64,000 nt of DNA from the human T2T-CHM13v2.0 reference genome, Homo sapiens: NCBI RefSeq assembly GCF_009914755.1, contig NC_060929.1; one strand, written 5' to 3'. Each line of letters begins with the position of its first letter. The stretch's first letter is position 1. Position numbers and translations under genes: made by a program. Positions 18,190 to 30,400 of this stretch are shown here, in pieces. The notes beneath the pieces were generated by a model. That model was given only the letters and a program-made list of their open reading frames with translations, did no database searches and was not told the origin of the DNA.

Positions 18190-21083
18190 GCACAATCAGT
18201 AATGGTAAAGGTTATACTAAAACTGATACCACAGATATGCAAAATATCACCAGAGACTACTATAAGCATCTCTATGCAAACAAACTAGAAAACGTTAAAA
18301 AAGGATAAATTTCTGAAAACATACAACTTCCAAAGATTGAGCCAGGAAGAAACAGAAATCCTGAACAGACCAATAATGAGTACTAAAATTGAATCAGTAA
18401 TTAAAAGTATCCCAAGAAAAAGTCCAAGGCAAGATGAATTCACAGCTGAATTTTACCACATATACAAAGATGAGCTGGTACCAGTCTTATTGAAACTATT
18501 CCCAAAAAATCAAGGAAGGGTATTTCTCTCTAACTCATTACACAAAATCATGATACCAAAATCAGGCAATGAAACAAACAAACAAAAAAAAAAACAAAGC
18601 TACTGGTCAATATTCCTAATGAAAATAGAGGCAAAAAAATTCTACAAAATACTAGTAAACTGAATCCAACAGTATATCAAAAAGATTTTGCATCACAATC
18701 AAGGGGACTTTATTCCAGGAATACAAAGATGGTTCAATATGCCAAATAAATATATTTGATTTATCACAGAAACAGAATTACAAGCAAAAGTCATATGATT
18801 ATCCCAATAGATAAAGAAAAACATTTGATAATATCCAACCTTCCTTCATGATAAAAGTCCTTTCAAGCTAAGTGTTGAAGGAGCATACCTAAAAATAATA
18901 AAACCCATATAAAACAAACCCACAGCCAACGTCACACAGAATGGGGAAAAGTTGAAAGCATTCTCCCTAAGAACACGAACAAAAGAAGGATGCCTACTCT
19001 CACTACTCCTATTCAACATAGTACTGGAAGTCCTAGCAAGAGCAGTCAGGCAAGAGAAATAAAGGGCATCTAAATTGGAAGAAAAGAAGTCAAACCATCT
19101 CTGTTCACTGACAACATGATCTTATACCTAGAAAACCCTAAGGAATCCTCCAAAAGACTCCTAGACATGATTAACACTTTCGGTAAAATTTCAGGGTACA
19201 AAATCAGTGTTCATAGTACAGTAGATTTCTATACATCAACAATGTTCGAATTGAGGACCAAATCAAGAACTCAATCCCATTTATAATAGTCACCAAGAAA
19301 ACACCAAAATATAGGAATACATTTAAGCAAGAAGGTGAAAGCTCTCCACAACGAAAACTACAAATCACTGCTGAAATAAATAATAGGTGACACAAATGAA
19401 AAATAACCCATGCTCATGGATTGAAAGAATCATTATTGTTTAAATGACCATACTGCCAAAAGCAACTTACAGATTCAACACAATTCATTTCAAACTGCCA
19501 ATGTCATTTTTCACCGAACTAAAAAAAAATCTTAAATTCATACAGAACCCAAAAAAGCACAAATAGCCAAAGCAATTATAAGCAAAAAGAATAAAGCCAG
19601 AAACCTTACTTACTTGACTTCATGCCTTCAAATTATACTACAAGGCTATAGTAACCAAAACAGCACTGTATTGGTATAAAACTAGACAGATAGATCAAGG
19701 GAACAGAACAGATAACCAAGAAATAAAGTCACATATCTACAGTAAACTAATCTTATCAAACTCAATGAAAACAAACAATAGGTAAAGGATTCCTTATTCA
19801 ACAAATAGTCCTGGGTGAATTGGCTAGCCATATGTGGAAGAATGAAACTGGACCCCTATCTCTCATCATAATAAAACTTAACCCAAGATGGAATAAAGAC
19901 TTACATGTATGACCTGAAACTATAAAATCCTGAAATAAAACTAGGAAAAACTTCTGAACATTGCTCTAGGCAAAGAATTTATGACCAAAACCTCAAGAGG
20001 AAATATAGCAAAACAAAATAAACAAATGGGACTTAATTAAACTAAAAAGCTTCCGCACATGAAAGAAACTAGCAACAGAGTAAACAGAGAAACTACAGAA
20101 TGGGAGAAAATACTGCAAACTGCTTCATCCACGTCCCTGCAAAGGACATGAACTCATTCTTTTTTATGGCTGCTTAGTATTCCATAGTGTGTATGTGGCA
20201 CATTTCTTTTCTTTTTATTTTTTTTACAAAGGTGTTAGAAAAAGAAAGAAAATACAGCAAACTGTGCATCCGGCAAAGAACTAATATCCAGGATATGCAA
20301 GTAATTCCAACAACTTAACAAGAAAACAACAAATAACCCAATTTAAATAGTGGACAAAAGAACAGACATTTCTCAAAAGAACACATACAAGCAGCCAGAA
20401 AACATATTAAAATAATGCTCAATACCACTAATCATCAACAAAGTGCAAATTAAAACCACAATGAGATACCATCTTACACCAGTCATAACAGCTATAATTA
20501 AAAATAAAAAAATAACAGATATATTTAGTAAGGATGCAGGGAAAAGGAATACTTATACATTGTTGGTGGGAACGTAAATTACTACAGCCTCTATGGAAAA
20601 CAGTATGGAGATTTCTCAAAGAACTAAAACTAAAACTACCATTTGACTCAACAACCCCACTACTGGGTATCTACCCAAAGGAGCAGAAATCATTATATCC
20701 CAAAGGCAGCCACACTCATATGTTTATGACAGCACTGTTCCCAATAGCAAAGTCATGTCCAACAACTGATGATTGGATAAAGAAATTGTTATATATACGC
20801 TATGAAATCCTATGCAGCCATAAAAATAATGAAATCATGTCTTTTGCTACAACATGGATGGAGCTAGATGCAATTATCCTAAGTGAAATAACTCAGAAAC
20901 ACACACACTGGGGAGTTTGTGGGGGGAGTCTGTGAGGAGGGTGAGGGTTGAAAAATTACCTATTGGGTACAGGCTTCGTTATTTGTGAGATGGGTACACC
21001 GTAAGCCCAAACCTGACCATTATGCAATATATTAATGTAACTAACCTGAACATGTATCCTCCTGAATCTACAATTTAAAAAAA
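18190..21083 (+). mobile_element. 5'-truncated L1PB-like element
   Basis: Decayed ORF2 (ORFs 18337-18663 and 20534-20935). 3' UTR gagggttgaaaaattacctattgggtac...ctgaatctacaattt followed by an A tail. Confidence 0.87.
20123..20246. mobile_element. 124-bp insertion: antisense L1PA fragment plus T-rich and A-rich tracts, with 18-bp TSD
   Basis: Flanked by agaaaatac(t/a)gcaaactg at 20105-20122 and 20247-20264. Confidence 0.75.
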
Positions 21084-22107
21084 GGAGAGGTACTTTACTA
21101 AGTTTTTCTTAGATTTTCTATAATTTTTATTATTTTATTTTTATATGCAAGTATTGAGTACATCTGGAATTTTTATAGTATTAAGTAAAGATTTCACATT
21201 TTTTATTCAAGATATCTAACCAATTATACCAGAAATATTTGTTAAAATATCATTTTTCCATCATATTGATCTTTTAATTTTGACATATTAAATTGTCATA
21301 AATACTGAGCTGTGTTCCTGGATTCTCTATTCTCTTCCAGTGAGCAGTTTATCTGGCCATAGAATCTTTACTTGATTACATTAACTATACATAATTACAT
21401 GACTTTAAAATTTGGTGAGTTATGTACCTCTTTACTATTTATCCTTACCAGACATTTGCTGACAATTTCCAGATATGTATTCTTCTATACAGATTTTAAT
21501 GTAATTTTATGTAATTCCTAACAGGAAAGTAGCACATTTGCCATTGTAAAAAATGCTGCAAAAAGTATTTCCAATAAAATACATTTTATTAACTGCCCTT
21601 TTCAGAACTATTGATGTAATCATAGACCTGGATTTTTCTATGAATTTGTTAATGTAAAATTTTGTGTTGACTTTTTGGTTCATATTGAACAAACCTTACA
21701 TTTCTAGGACAAACAGTTTGTTATAATGAAGTACATTTCTGTGACAGTGTCAGATTCTATTGGTTAATATATCAAAGTAGGCATCTCCATAAAAAATATA
21801 AACATTATCATATTTTGGCATTAAATTATGATTTTATAAAACTGTTTAAGGTGATTTAAAAATTTTTAACAGGCAAATAGTTTATTTGACATTAGAATCA
21901 TCTGCTCTTCATTAGACAAATATAACTTGGCTAATGGTCCTGACTAAAATGGCAGGTTTAAATACCTTTTCAACATCTTTGATAACTGGTCTCAAGTTTT
22001 TCCAGTTTTCTTTCTTGGTTTAACTTGGGTAATGTATATTCTGCTAAGAAATCATCAATTTTTTTTCTGGCTTTTCAAATTTATTGCCATAAAGTTTCAG
22101 GAAGTTT

Positions 22108-22695
22108 TATATATATATAAATTATATATAAATAAAATTATATATATATAATTTTATACGCATATAAAATTGGTTATATATAATATATATATAATATATA
22201 TAATATATATTATATATATAATATATATAATATATATTATATATATAATATATATAATATATATATTATATATATAATATATATAATATATATAATATAT
22301 AATATATATAATATATATATAATATATATATTATATATATAATATATATAATATATATTATATATATAATATATATAATATATATTATATATATAATATA
22401 TATTATATATATTATATATATAATATATATAATATATATAATATATATATAATATATATATAATATATATTATATATATATTATATATATTATATATAAT
22501 ATATATTATATATATAATATATATATAATATATATTATATATATATAATATATATATTATATATATAATATATATAATATATATAATATATATTATATAT
22601 ATATAATATATATATTATATATATAATATATATAATATATATATTATATATAATATATATATTATATATATATTATATATATATAATATATATAA
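22108..22695. repeat. Long interrupted (TA)n / TATAA / TTATA microsatellite
   Basis: 22174-22695 contains only A and T. Confidence 0.99.
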
Positions 22696-22876
22696 CCATT
22701 TCTGAAGGAAAAAAGAATATTCTGATTGATAGCATTTTACCAATTTCAGTGGTATAAATTCTTCCTTCATTGCTAATTTCAAGATATCAGTATGATGTTA
22801 AGCAATGTGGAAATGCGAAGAGATATGTACAGTTGGCTCTCACAAGCATGGACAAGTATTTTTCCAGAACGGTACT
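22696..22876 (+). mobile_element. MER63A-like hAT MITE
   Basis: ccaatttcagtggtataaat...gctaatttcaagatatcagtatgatgt...gaagagatatgtacagttggctctcacaagc; similar to the copy at 62526-62735. Confidence 0.65.
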
Positions 22877-23499
22877 GAGTATCAGTATTTTCTTGAAGTA
22901 ATGTATTATCTTTGTTTGCTTATTTGCTTATTTGTTTAAGAGAACCAGACTTTTGGTAAACTTATTTCTATTACAATATTTTGTGTGTGTGTGTGTATTG
23001 CTAACTCCTTATTTTCAGTTTTATCTTTTTCAATTCACACTTTCTATCTATTCTCATGTATTTTCTTGTTTGTTTTCTAATTTTTAATATGAGGACTTTC
23101 TCATTTTTAAATCATTTTTTTCTTTAGTAATGAGGCATTTGAAACTATTAATTAACTTCAAAATACAAGCTTTGCCCTGTGTTATAGGTTGTGGCGAGGT
23201 GTGTTCTTTTCAGAGCTTTCTAAAAGTTCAATTTAGAATTGATTTTCTTTTTTTTTTGATTCGATAATTACTAGCAAGTATTTAAGGGTTTTTTGAGGTG
23301 AGCAGATCATTTTAAAGAATAGTTTATTTTATTTTCATTGGTTAACAATACGGAGACTATGCCTGAGTGATCTCTTTCTCTCTGTGTCTGTCTCTCTCTC
23401 TCTCAATTGGTAACCTCCCTCCCTCTCAGGATAGTATGACTTTAGGTCTTCAGTCCCCGAAATTCACCCACTTTTTTTTTTCAGTTTATCAAGTGCTTC

Positions 23500-23765
23500 C
23501 TGATCCTTTCTGCTTTAAACTTTCACATGTGATAGTTCATCTCCTTTGGCACTTCTCTCTGTTTCAGCAACTCAACTTCCACTGTCATTAAATTCATTTT
23601 CTAATTCAGCTATCTGCATCCTCTTTCAGTTCCAGTTCAAGTATCAATTCTTAAGGGAAGCTTTCCCAGAGACTCCCAAATAGGGTAGAGCACCTGTTAT
23701 GTACTCTCATAACCCTCTGTCCTTCTCCTTCTTTATTATAATTATAAACAGTAACTCTCTAATTA
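23500..23765 (+). mobile_element. L2 fragment
   Basis: ctttcagttccagttcaagtatc..taagggaagctttccc..cctgttatgtactctcataaccct follows the L2 3' region pattern. Confidence 0.55.
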
Positions 23766-24334
23766 GTTTCACGGCAATATGTATGGATGGAGAAATTAAC
23801 TATGTGTTATTTTAGAGTCTTCCAGTTTATCATGAATGGATGACAGGTATTGTTTCCTTTCTTTCCCAGTAGAGTAGGCAGGGACTCCTTGGTATTTTTT
23901 TGGGTTCAGATCACAGCTTTCTTGAAAATCTGTAAATGACAGTGGGATGAGCTCCAGAGATTGACTCATAGTGTTTAATGTCTTTAATAAAAGAAATATC
24001 TTATTAGTTTCTAAACCTGGGAGCCCTGAAAAAATATAGCTGGAATTTCTCTTATGCAACATTCAGAATTTCTGCATTACTGAAGTACATGGAATAAATG
24101 CATATGGAAGGGTATTTTGTTCTCATTCAGTTTTTCCTGATGAAGTAAAGAGAAGGCAAGTGAATGAAATAAGCAAATTCATCATTCATTATTGTATTCA
24201 GCAAATCATGGTTATAACAAAGATTCTGATGTAGGTGCTTCAATAAATATATAAATAAAGTTGAACTAATGGTCCAATAGAAGAAATATGAGAAATCGTG
24301 AGGAGTTTTTGGGAGGAGACAGGTAGAGTAGAGA

Positions 24335-24622
24335 TCAGTAGCAATGAAAAAATACATATTTCGGAGTCAGATAAACTTTTTCCCCCACATCTTGGCTATA
24401 CCTATGTGACTAAGCCAAACCTTCTAAGCTTCATTTTCTTCTGCAGAATGAATTTAATAATATAACTTACTTGCGGATTTATGCATTTTCTAACTCAGCT
24501 ACTGCATTCCCTTTCAGTTCTAGTTCAATATCATTTCCTAAGGGATCCAATGATATGAATGCAAAGCTCTTTGTATAGCACCAGGCATACAGTAAGCACT
24601 AAATATTGTCGCTGGTTATTAT
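24335..24622 (+). mobile_element. MIR containing a 62-bp insertion (24484-24545)
   Basis: ggagtcaga..tgtgac..cttctaagcttcattttcttctgcagaatg core and a gcaccaggcatacagtaagcac tail. Confidence 0.7.
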
Positions 24623-26129
24623 TTCTTCTGAGTCTCATTTCTATGAAAACTCAAAGATTTTCTACAAACAGCCTCACACCACCTATTAACTACTATTTCA
24701 GTTTTCACTAACAGGAAATCACAGAGCTGTGTTGAAAGGAGATGTTGGATGATATTCAGGCTATTGCAGTAGCTAAGTCACTCATCTTTAAACCAGCCCA
24801 AAATATATATGATTTAAATTCATATAACAACCTGACAAATGATATGAATTATAGACTCTTCAGGGTCACTTAAGAAGAGTTGAAACTGGAAATTTTAAAT
24901 TCACAAGATGCCAAGAATCTTCTTGTGTACAATTACATATATCTCAAGAAAGCAAGTGATAAATGCCAGTCAAGAGGACTGATAAGGTGGCACAGGAGGC
25001 TAGAAGAGTGAAAGACTGCATTTTAAGGAGGAATTCAAGGCTGTCACTAGAGTGTCCTCACAAAGCATTTATTTACCTGTTATCATTTGATACCTGAACT
25101 CAGTTATAATGCAACTATTCTGAGTTTCAGAACTGTATGAAATGGAAACTGGACATGTATAAGGGGTGGTTGTCTGGTAGTTTCTTGTGTCACAAGAGAA
25201 AATTGGAACCTTCTCTCAGTAGCTCATTTGAATAGCACACAGTCACCACTGATTATTGGCAGAACAATGATTGGCGTGGCCATATTCTCAGTATTTTCAG
25301 ACTGTAGTACTCCAGACTTTTGTATTAAACAAACTAGTACAACTAAAATAAATAAACTAAAAGGTGTCTCACAAAGAGTATTATCAACATTTTTATTTTA
25401 TCACATAAATGTGTAATTTTTTGAAGCTGCAATTACTGTTGCTGTTACTTTTTAAATAATATTTTGAAGGCAAAACAGGAAGAACAAAATTCATGTAAAT
25501 AAAATTAAGTTGTTCTTTCCTATGTCCTTAAATACATTTCATGTATGTCACCATATGGATCTTCAGAATATTTACAGTGTATGTCTAGAATAATCTGATT
25601 TAAAGTATAGGCTGATGGTCACACTTGAAAGTCATGTTGGAAAACCTAGATGGCACCCAAAAGCAATAGATATCCTTCTGCCAGAACAGCTAAAACTGAG
25701 CCTCAGAGAGACACCCTCGTAATGGCTGACAGGAAGATACAGGCAACACATATTGAGATTGTCACATGTCTCTGTTCCAAACAAAGGAAACTGGTGACTT
25801 CAAACATGATCTCTAGATTGAAGCCAGAAGGGCAGATGTTCTCAATTACAGGCTTGATTACAATCTTGCTCCGTCTCATAATATGTAGACTGCTTCAAAC
25901 TGAGTTGTAGCGGCATTTTATCTATTTAATGATGGTTAATGATTTTTTAATATAAAGGAGAATGGCTTCTCTCCGAATAAAGAACAAGCTTTATTAAAGG
26001 ACCAAGTTTAGAATTTTGAAAATCCTGCTAGTTTTACTTTAGTGTTTTCACTATGTTGAGGACCCATGAAAAATTTCTGCAACACCCAAACAGGCCCTTG
26101 GAGGGAAGTGGACAACCAGTGAGCTCAGA

Positions 26130-26260
26130 AACACAGGTGTCTGGAACCCACCCCTCAGAGATTCTGATTCCAGTACTCTTGAAATAATGTCTGTTGCTTC
26201 AGATTTTTTTTAATGTTCTCCCAATGAATCTACCATGCAACCAGGATTGAAACCTATGGA
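26130..26260. mobile_element. MER5-like fragment (hAT-Charlie)
   Basis: cccacccctcagagattctgattccagt...gcaaccaggattgaaacc. Confidence 0.55.
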
Positions 26261-26929
26261 TCTAGAGCTGGCAGGACATTATTCCCCTTCTGTCACTATT
26301 TTCCTCCAGAAACTGTTAACTGTTCAAAGCTATGTCTTAGATCAGTGCACATGGATGCTTCCTTTCACAAGCAGCTTGGATACTTAGTGCCAACCATCTC
26401 GGGCTTGAAGAATGTGCTACAAAATGAATTCAGTAAAGCCTCTTTCCTGTTTGACTGTTTACTGAGGCAAGAGAGACAGGTGTGTGGGGCAATGGGAGAG
26501 CCACTTGCAACCCTGTAGGAGAAGATGCCTCGCTATTATCTCACAGATTAAAATATGTCCCAAATGACTAATGGCCATCCTCCCTTCAAAGCTGACTGCT
26601 TGAAAAGATTTAAAAGGCAGCCAAGGCACAATGTTTGCAGTAATTTAGAGTTCCCCATTTGAAAACCAGAGATCAATGGCTGCAATGTGAATCTGCTGAA
26701 AGAATAACAAAACAGCAAGCTAAACATCTGGACTAATTTTCAGAAGTCATAAAATGGAAACATTACCAGAAAATATGATAGAGCATGGCAGGTAAAGAGA
26801 ATGTCAAAAAAATCTGAAAGGGAGAAAATAGAATAGGAAAAAAATCAGGAAACTCTGGCAATTGATAATCAAGATGATATTAAAATAGCAGTAGAGCCAC
26901 CACTTATTGAGTTCGTATGATGCATCAAG

Positions 26930-27170
26930 TATTTATATTTATTTATCAAAATTATTTATAAATGCCTACTATGTGTGAGGCACTTTTCCTTGGTGTAGAA
27001 ATGCAGCTAGAAACAAAGATAAACAAAGTACCTGACTTCATAGAGCTTATATGCCAGTGAGGAAAATTTCTAATTATTTCCAGTACTTATGACAGTGCTG
27101 CAAAGTAGGAATTGGCAACCCCAATTTTATAGAAATTGAAGACTAAAGAAAGTTAATTAACTATAACTCA
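26930..27170 (-). mobile_element. L2 3' end followed by a MIR fragment
   Basis: tttataaatgcctactatgtgtgaggcact..cctgacttcatagagcttata, then ccccaattttatagaaattgaagact. Confidence 0.6.
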
Positions 27171-27430
27171 TAATTGGCTGCCAACTTGCCGAATAAGGGC
27201 ATAATTCAGAGGAGTTATTACTTCTGACTTTAGTCAAACATTTCTCTGTGTTGTAAATGTAAAAGGGATGCAGGACAGTTGCTTCCTCAGATCTAAGAGA
27301 CTGAGCATGAGAAGACCCTAGATTTACGTTTTCTTTTGCCCATTAATTCACATTCTGATCTTGAGGGGGGTCATTTCCCTTTTCCAAGTCTTGGTTTTAT
27401 GTTTCTAAAGTGAGGCAGTTGGACTAGATT

Positions 27431-27618
27431 AGTAGATCTTAAAGTATGGTACTCAGGTAGGCAACATTAGCCCCACTGGGGAATTTATTAGAAATGCAAA
27501 TTATCACGGCACATCCCACATTGATTGATTGAATCGAAACTCTGGTGTGGGACCCAGCCATTTGTGTTTTAAAAGGCCCTCCAGGTGATTGTGACATGCA
27601 CTAAACAGAGAAACATTG
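27431..27618. mobile_element. MER5A
   Basis: ttagaaatgcaaatt...gaatcgaaactctggtgtgggacccagccatttgtgttttaaaaggccctccaggtgatt. Confidence 0.85.
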
Positions 27619-28609
27619 GATTAAATAATATAATACATGATTAAAAGTTTAAGAACAAACAGGCATGGATTTCATCCAAGCTTCACAACGCACTAGCAAG
27701 TCCCTGTACCACCCTGAGCCTCTACTTCCTGAGCCATTTTTTTCAATTTGTCTGTAATGAATGGGAAAACATGTATAAAATACACAAATGATGGCTTGGC
27801 ATTTAGGTAAGTATCGTCATTGTAATTTCTGTCATCTAAAACACGTTAACATTGACATTCTAAGTTACTTTCATAATTCAATATAACATCACAAATGCTG
27901 ACTAGTCAAAAACAATTCCCAGGTAATTAAAAAATAGTTTCCTTTCAATAACCCAAATACATGTTAAAATTGGCAGATTGCAGCATCAAATGTTTCTGCT
28001 ACAAGAGGTAGTAATGTTTGTCACAAGCAGATGCTGCATTTAGCATCCAGGACATCAGTAAGCCACATCCCTTTGTATCAAATCACCTTACTCCAATCAT
28101 GAAATCTGTGGGCTGGCCAGTTTGCTGTCTAGTTGAATGTACACTTTGATGCACATACAAACATGTATTGAGCTAGTGATAATAAAGTAATTGAATAAAA
28201 GGAGGAAGAGCATCAATTTATAAGCACATAGAAGACATAGAAGCCTAAAGGAAGGATAAGGCCGTTTGAAGCACATGCAGATGTGGCAATCCCCACTACC
28301 ATTTGTTTTCATCTGCATCACTCTACCGACAAGATCAAAATAATACTCCAGGTCCTTCATGAAACATGTTAAACCACTAGAAAACAGGAAGCAACTGAGA
28401 TAAACAATGATCCACCAGCCATGAATAATAGAAAGATAGGTTTAATGTGTTATAAATTCCTCTTGTCCCCAATAAAGGAGTCAAGTTACAGTTTAAATTC
28501 AGAAAAAAGCAAATTCTCCAAGGCATTTTATTTTCCTGAGCAAGCTTAATTACAGTAGCTTGAAACTACTAAAAATTTTAGAGATGATATAATGCAGGGG
28601 TGAATATCT

Positions 28610-28800
28610 CAGTGAGGCAGGAAGGGATCTATCTCAACTCGACTATTTACAAACTGCATGATCTTGGACAAGTTTCTTAATCTTTCTAAGCCTCGTTTTT
28701 CTCATAAGTAAAATAGAGATAATAATAGTCTTTACCACAAAAGGTTTATTTGAGGATTAAAGGCTATAGTCCTTAGCATAAGTTCTGATGTAGTATACTT
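28610..28800 (+). mobile_element. MIR
   Basis: tgatcttggacaagtttcttaatctttctaagcctcg..taaaatagagataataatag..tgaggattaaa. Confidence 0.8.
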
Positions 28801-28959
28801 AGTGAACGATACTCACATGTATTTTTTAAAATTCCTGAATCACTATGAGCCTAAGAGCCTGATGGCTGTCCTTAAAACAATTTTAGAAGGCTCTCTCTTT
28901 AAAACCTGCCACCAAGTGCATTTCTATCTATTATGGCCCTAAATTTAGATGAAAACCAT

Positions 28960-29548
28960 CTGTATCAGAGCTCTACGGGTTGCAAGTGAAACTGGCTCAA
29001 ATTGAAATGTGAATTTACTAGCTCACAAGACTCGGAAGTCCAGAGGTGTATTGTGACATTAGGCATGGGTGGCTTCAGACTTCAAACAATATCTTAGGAC
29101 TTGAATTCTACTGTGTTATCTTTTTAAAAAATTATGTTTTATATCTTGAATATTAATAATTGTACAGTATGTATTTATGTGGTACAAAGTGATATTATGA
29201 TTTTTGCTTTACGTCAGCTTCTAAGAAGTGGCAAGATCTCTGTAATAACTTTCCATCTCCTCAATATTCCCACTTGCATCAGGAAGACAGACCAGACCCT
29301 CTTTACTGGTGGTTCCATTAGTTCTTTGATTTACTCTGATTGGATCTGCTTTGGCCAGGTTGAACTAATCATGGCATGCAGTAGTAATCTGATGTGCTGA
29401 TTGGCTTAGACCTAAATCAAGTGATCTACTCTGGAGGTGGGTTTGGGTGCTACACAGAGCCATGGACAGAGAGAGGAGGAAGGATGAATGTCCACTGGAA
29501 AAATTTGGGTTGTTGCCACAGAGGCAAACAATAAGTAGCCACTCTACC
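28960..29548 (-). mobile_element. MLT1K-like solo LTR (MaLR) with a ~90-bp L1MA 3'-end fragment at ~29118-29206
   Basis: ggttgcaagtga..aatttactagctcac..gaagtccagagg and ctctgattgg..tgctgattggcttag motifs. Confidence 0.6.
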
Positions 29549-29640
29549 CCTTTATTTTGCCTTTGGCTTTTTTCTTTTCAGTAAGTCCTTTAGTCATCCA
29601 GGTGTAGTCCCAGATTTCAATTAGTTACTGATTTCCAGAT

Positions 29641-29822
29641 CAGTTTTTCATAAAACGTGGCTTGTGGACAACTTATATCAGTATTTCCTGTAGTGTCTAT
29701 TAAAATGAAAATTTATAGACCTCGCTTCAATGTCTAATCCCTAAGGGTCAGGCTTAGTAGTCTGTATTTTTAACAAGTTCTCCCAGATTATTATCAGAAA
29801 TACTAAAGCTTGGAAACCATTG
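29641..29822. mobile_element. MER5A/B
   Basis: cagtttttc...tctgtatttttaacaagttctcccagattatt...aagcttggaaaccattg. Confidence 0.7.
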
Positions 29823-30099
29823 AACCAGGTAATCATTAGATAAAGATAATTTATCCCATAATAAACCATTGAGTTAATTTATTAAATTTCACTATCACTT
29901 CCTTATGAACACCTGTAGAACAGAGATTATAATAATCTATGACCTCAGCTACCTCAAAGAGTTCTTTAAGAATCAATTTTGTTATATGTCAATTTTTACT
30001 TGGTTCTTTAGAAATAGCAATAAGTTTTATTAATTTGGCATGTGAATGGTGTCTCTTTAGTAATCTCCTAAATGGAGAAGTAGTATGTATGATTTTTTA

Positions 30100-30400
30100 A
30101 AAAATGACATTAGGTAAATTGGTAAACCTCTATGGGTTTGAGTTTATTCATTTATAAAGAGGGAAAAACCTCTTTAGGGTTTTAATGAGAATTAACATAA
30201 CTTATTTAAGTTGCTTAGGACATTGGCCCATAGTAATTGCTCAAATGACAGTTACTCCTGCTAGGCACTTCCTGTATATTTTCTCATTTAATTCTCATAC
30301 AATTCTGGTAGGAAGTTATTATAGCACCTATTTTGCAAAGTAGAGACCTGAGTTTCAGGAAAGTTAAATCACTTGTTCAAGGTCTTAGAGCTAGTATGAT
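30100..30400. mobile_element. Two adjacent MIR fragments in opposite orientation (+ 30100-30255, - 30260-30400)
   Basis: MIR core motifs on both strands. Confidence 0.6.

Larger units (their letters stand above)
21090..23340 (-). mobile_element. Highly decayed old L1 (L1ME-like) ORF2 fragments, interrupted by the TA tract and MER63
   Basis: Patches such as catattgaacaaaccttacatttctaggacaaac and ttttcaaatttattgccataaagtt resemble antisense L1M ORF2. Confidence 0.5.

Noticed and set aside
30100-30400. Inverted MIR pair as a miRNA-like hairpin
   Set aside because: The two MIR copies are too diverged for a visible long stem; no support without folding or small-RNA data.
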